A DNA stretch of 63,332 nucleotides, counting the filler, from Octopus bimaculoides (lineage: Eukaryota), in assembly GCF_001194135.2 (NCBI RefSeq). It is 5 parts of 4 records of this genome, joined end to end, with 100 filler letters (N's around TTAATTAATTAA, not from the genome) between each part and the next. Parts side by side here need not be neighbours in the genome. Positions count along the whole stretch, not along the records: positions 61,874 to 63,332 come from NW_026383361.1; 4 more parts are not named here. The stretch is one strand, 5' to 3'. Position numbers and translations under genes: made by a program. The notes under the pieces were generated by a model. That model saw nothing but the letters and a program-made list of their open reading frames with translations. It did not search any database and was not told the origin of the DNA. Shown here piece by piece: positions 61,874 to 63,332 of the stretch (the stretch's first letter is position 1; every line of letters begins with the position of its first letter).

Positions 61874-63097
61874 GTATTTCTTTTCAGACTCTGAGATTAG
61901 CTGAAGGTATCTATTTTGTAAATAGCACTTCACTTGTCCATTTACTCCACTGTCATTGTCAATAACATTGACATAAGCAAAGAAGCTATGAATTTGGGTT
62001 CCTTCTGAGAGAACAGCTGTTTTTCCAGTTGACTTTATGACAAATTTGAAGTCAATGTTTGGTGGATTATTTAAATGATTGACACCATTTACCAAAACAA
62101 TGGCAGTTGATGACATTGGTGGGTTACCATTATCTCTGGCTTCAACAAACAATTTATATATCCTTCCAAATTGAAAGTCTTTCTTCAGATACAAATATCC
62201 AGTTACTTCATCTAATCTGAAAAACTGTGTGGCATATTTTGATGTGATGGCATTGAAAAAATAAGATATTAATCCATTTTCTCCTTCATCTAAATCTGTA
62301 GCTGACAGCTTTGCAATAGGTTTGTTTAACTGGTGTGTGTCATTTACAGTGACATTATAAATATTTTCAGAGAACAAAGGTTTATTGTCATTTATATCTT
62401 TAACTAATATCTTTATTTGAAGCACACCTTTTTTCTGTGGTGATTCTTTATCTCTGGCAATCAACTGAATTTCATAAATGCTTTTTGTCTCACGATCTAA
62501 GACATTTTCTAGATTTAGTTGCAATAAATCAGATCCATCCAATTGTTTAGAAACAAACAATTTAAAAGGCGTGTTTAAATTTTCGATCCCATAAGTGATT
62601 CTGGAATTCTTAATACTGACATCATTATCAATGGCATTTGGAATTATATACTTCGTTCCTATTAGATCATTTTCATCAAATTTTAAATGGAAGTCCAATT
62701 TTGGAAACTTGGGATAATTATCATTAACATCTTCTATTATAAGTTTCAGTTTTAATATCTTAATAACAGAATAGCCATGTTGAACAGCTATTTCTAATAT
62801 TCTGAAACATTCCACATTATATTGACACAGAATTTCTGCATCCAATATGGCAGCTGTGTACAAGTGTCCTCCCTGTGTAACATTAAATAACAGAACTGTT
62901 TCATCAGTACTTCCCTGAAGTACATTAAACATCAGTTTGCTGCTATCATCCAGAGATGGTACAGTATCCAATAAGTGTGTATCAGTGGCAATATCTCCAA
63001 TAAAGCTGTGTATATCATTGTTCTCTTTCACATGGTAGGTATGATCCACACACCAACAACTCTCAGCCATTAACAACAAGAGAAGTATGTATAACAT
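61874..63097 (-). CDS. Pcdh: Protocadherin, 5' part of ectodomain exon (408 codons: signal peptide, EC1-EC3, start of EC4); 3' end missing
   Basis: Signal peptide MLYILLLLLMAESCWC. EC1 has LDAE and the protocadherin C-x5-C (CQYNVEC). Linkers EDVNDNYPKF and KDINDNKPLF, LDRET, ATDLDEGENG, ARDNGNPP, IDNDSGVNG. ATG context ACCATG. The symbol is family-level only. Confidence 0.95.
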
Positions 63098-63193
63098 GGT
63101 TACAGTCTACAATTCTGCTACAAGGAAATATATGTATGATGTTGTTGAAACCTATGAAATAGTGACTTCTTGAATAATTTCTTCTGTTATCAC

Positions 63194-63220
63194 CTGTGAA
63201 CATATGAAACATAAAAACTT
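63194..63220 (-). promoter_or_regulatory. Candidate 3' splice acceptor upstream of the protocadherin ATG
   Basis: Minus strand tttttatgtttcatatgttcacAG|gtg would give ~96 nt of UTR in this exon. An alternative AG lies at 63118-63119 (tttccttgtAG). Confidence 0.35.
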
Positions 63221-63254
63221 ATTTATGCATTAATAACAATGAACTGTTGCGGCC

Positions 63255-63332
63255 ATCCAGTTCAGCAGTCCACAGTCAAATAGTCCAATCCATGCTAGCA
63301 TGGAAAGCGGACATCAAACGATGATGATGATG
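63255..63332 (+). mobile_element. SINE family C 3' tail
   Basis: gtccaatccatgctagcatggaaagcggacatcaaacgatgatgatgatg. Confidence 0.75.

Overview
This is AT-rich animal genomic DNA, most likely a coleoid cephalopod (Octopus-type). That is inferred from the protocadherin type and repeat families, not from a database search. Roughly a tenth of the window is N. Four artificial 100-bp joins (N44-TTAATTAATTAA-N44) split it into five scaffold pieces. The only supportable host gene is the 5' part of a protocadherin ectodomain exon (63097-61874, minus strand: signal peptide, EC1-EC3 and start of EC4), cut off by an assembly join. The rest is microsatellite and mobile-element DNA: a dense stack of R4/Dong-clade (RLE) LINE fragments next to (TAA)n tracts in the first 10.5 kb, a Penelope RT/GIY-YIG relic, at least three tRNA-type SINE families in many copies, hAT-like MITEs, a Tc1/mariner relic and a CR1/L2-group LINE 3' end. 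Almost all ORFs in the track are translated microsatellites. The most interesting signals are: (1) two short repeat families carrying minimal type I hammerhead-ribozyme folds, one with the same non-canonical core base (A6->U) in both copies; (2) a twin-priming-type 5' inversion in an R4 element; (3) a near-perfect 91-nt hairpin and a ~630-bp foldback element; (4) tandem arrays with two periods arising inside one SINE family; (5) a shared 3' stem-loop/GAAAC tail between a LINE and the commonest SINE; (6) a sharp CpG-depletion domain at 43-57 kb. Repeat boundaries are approximate and were set by eye.
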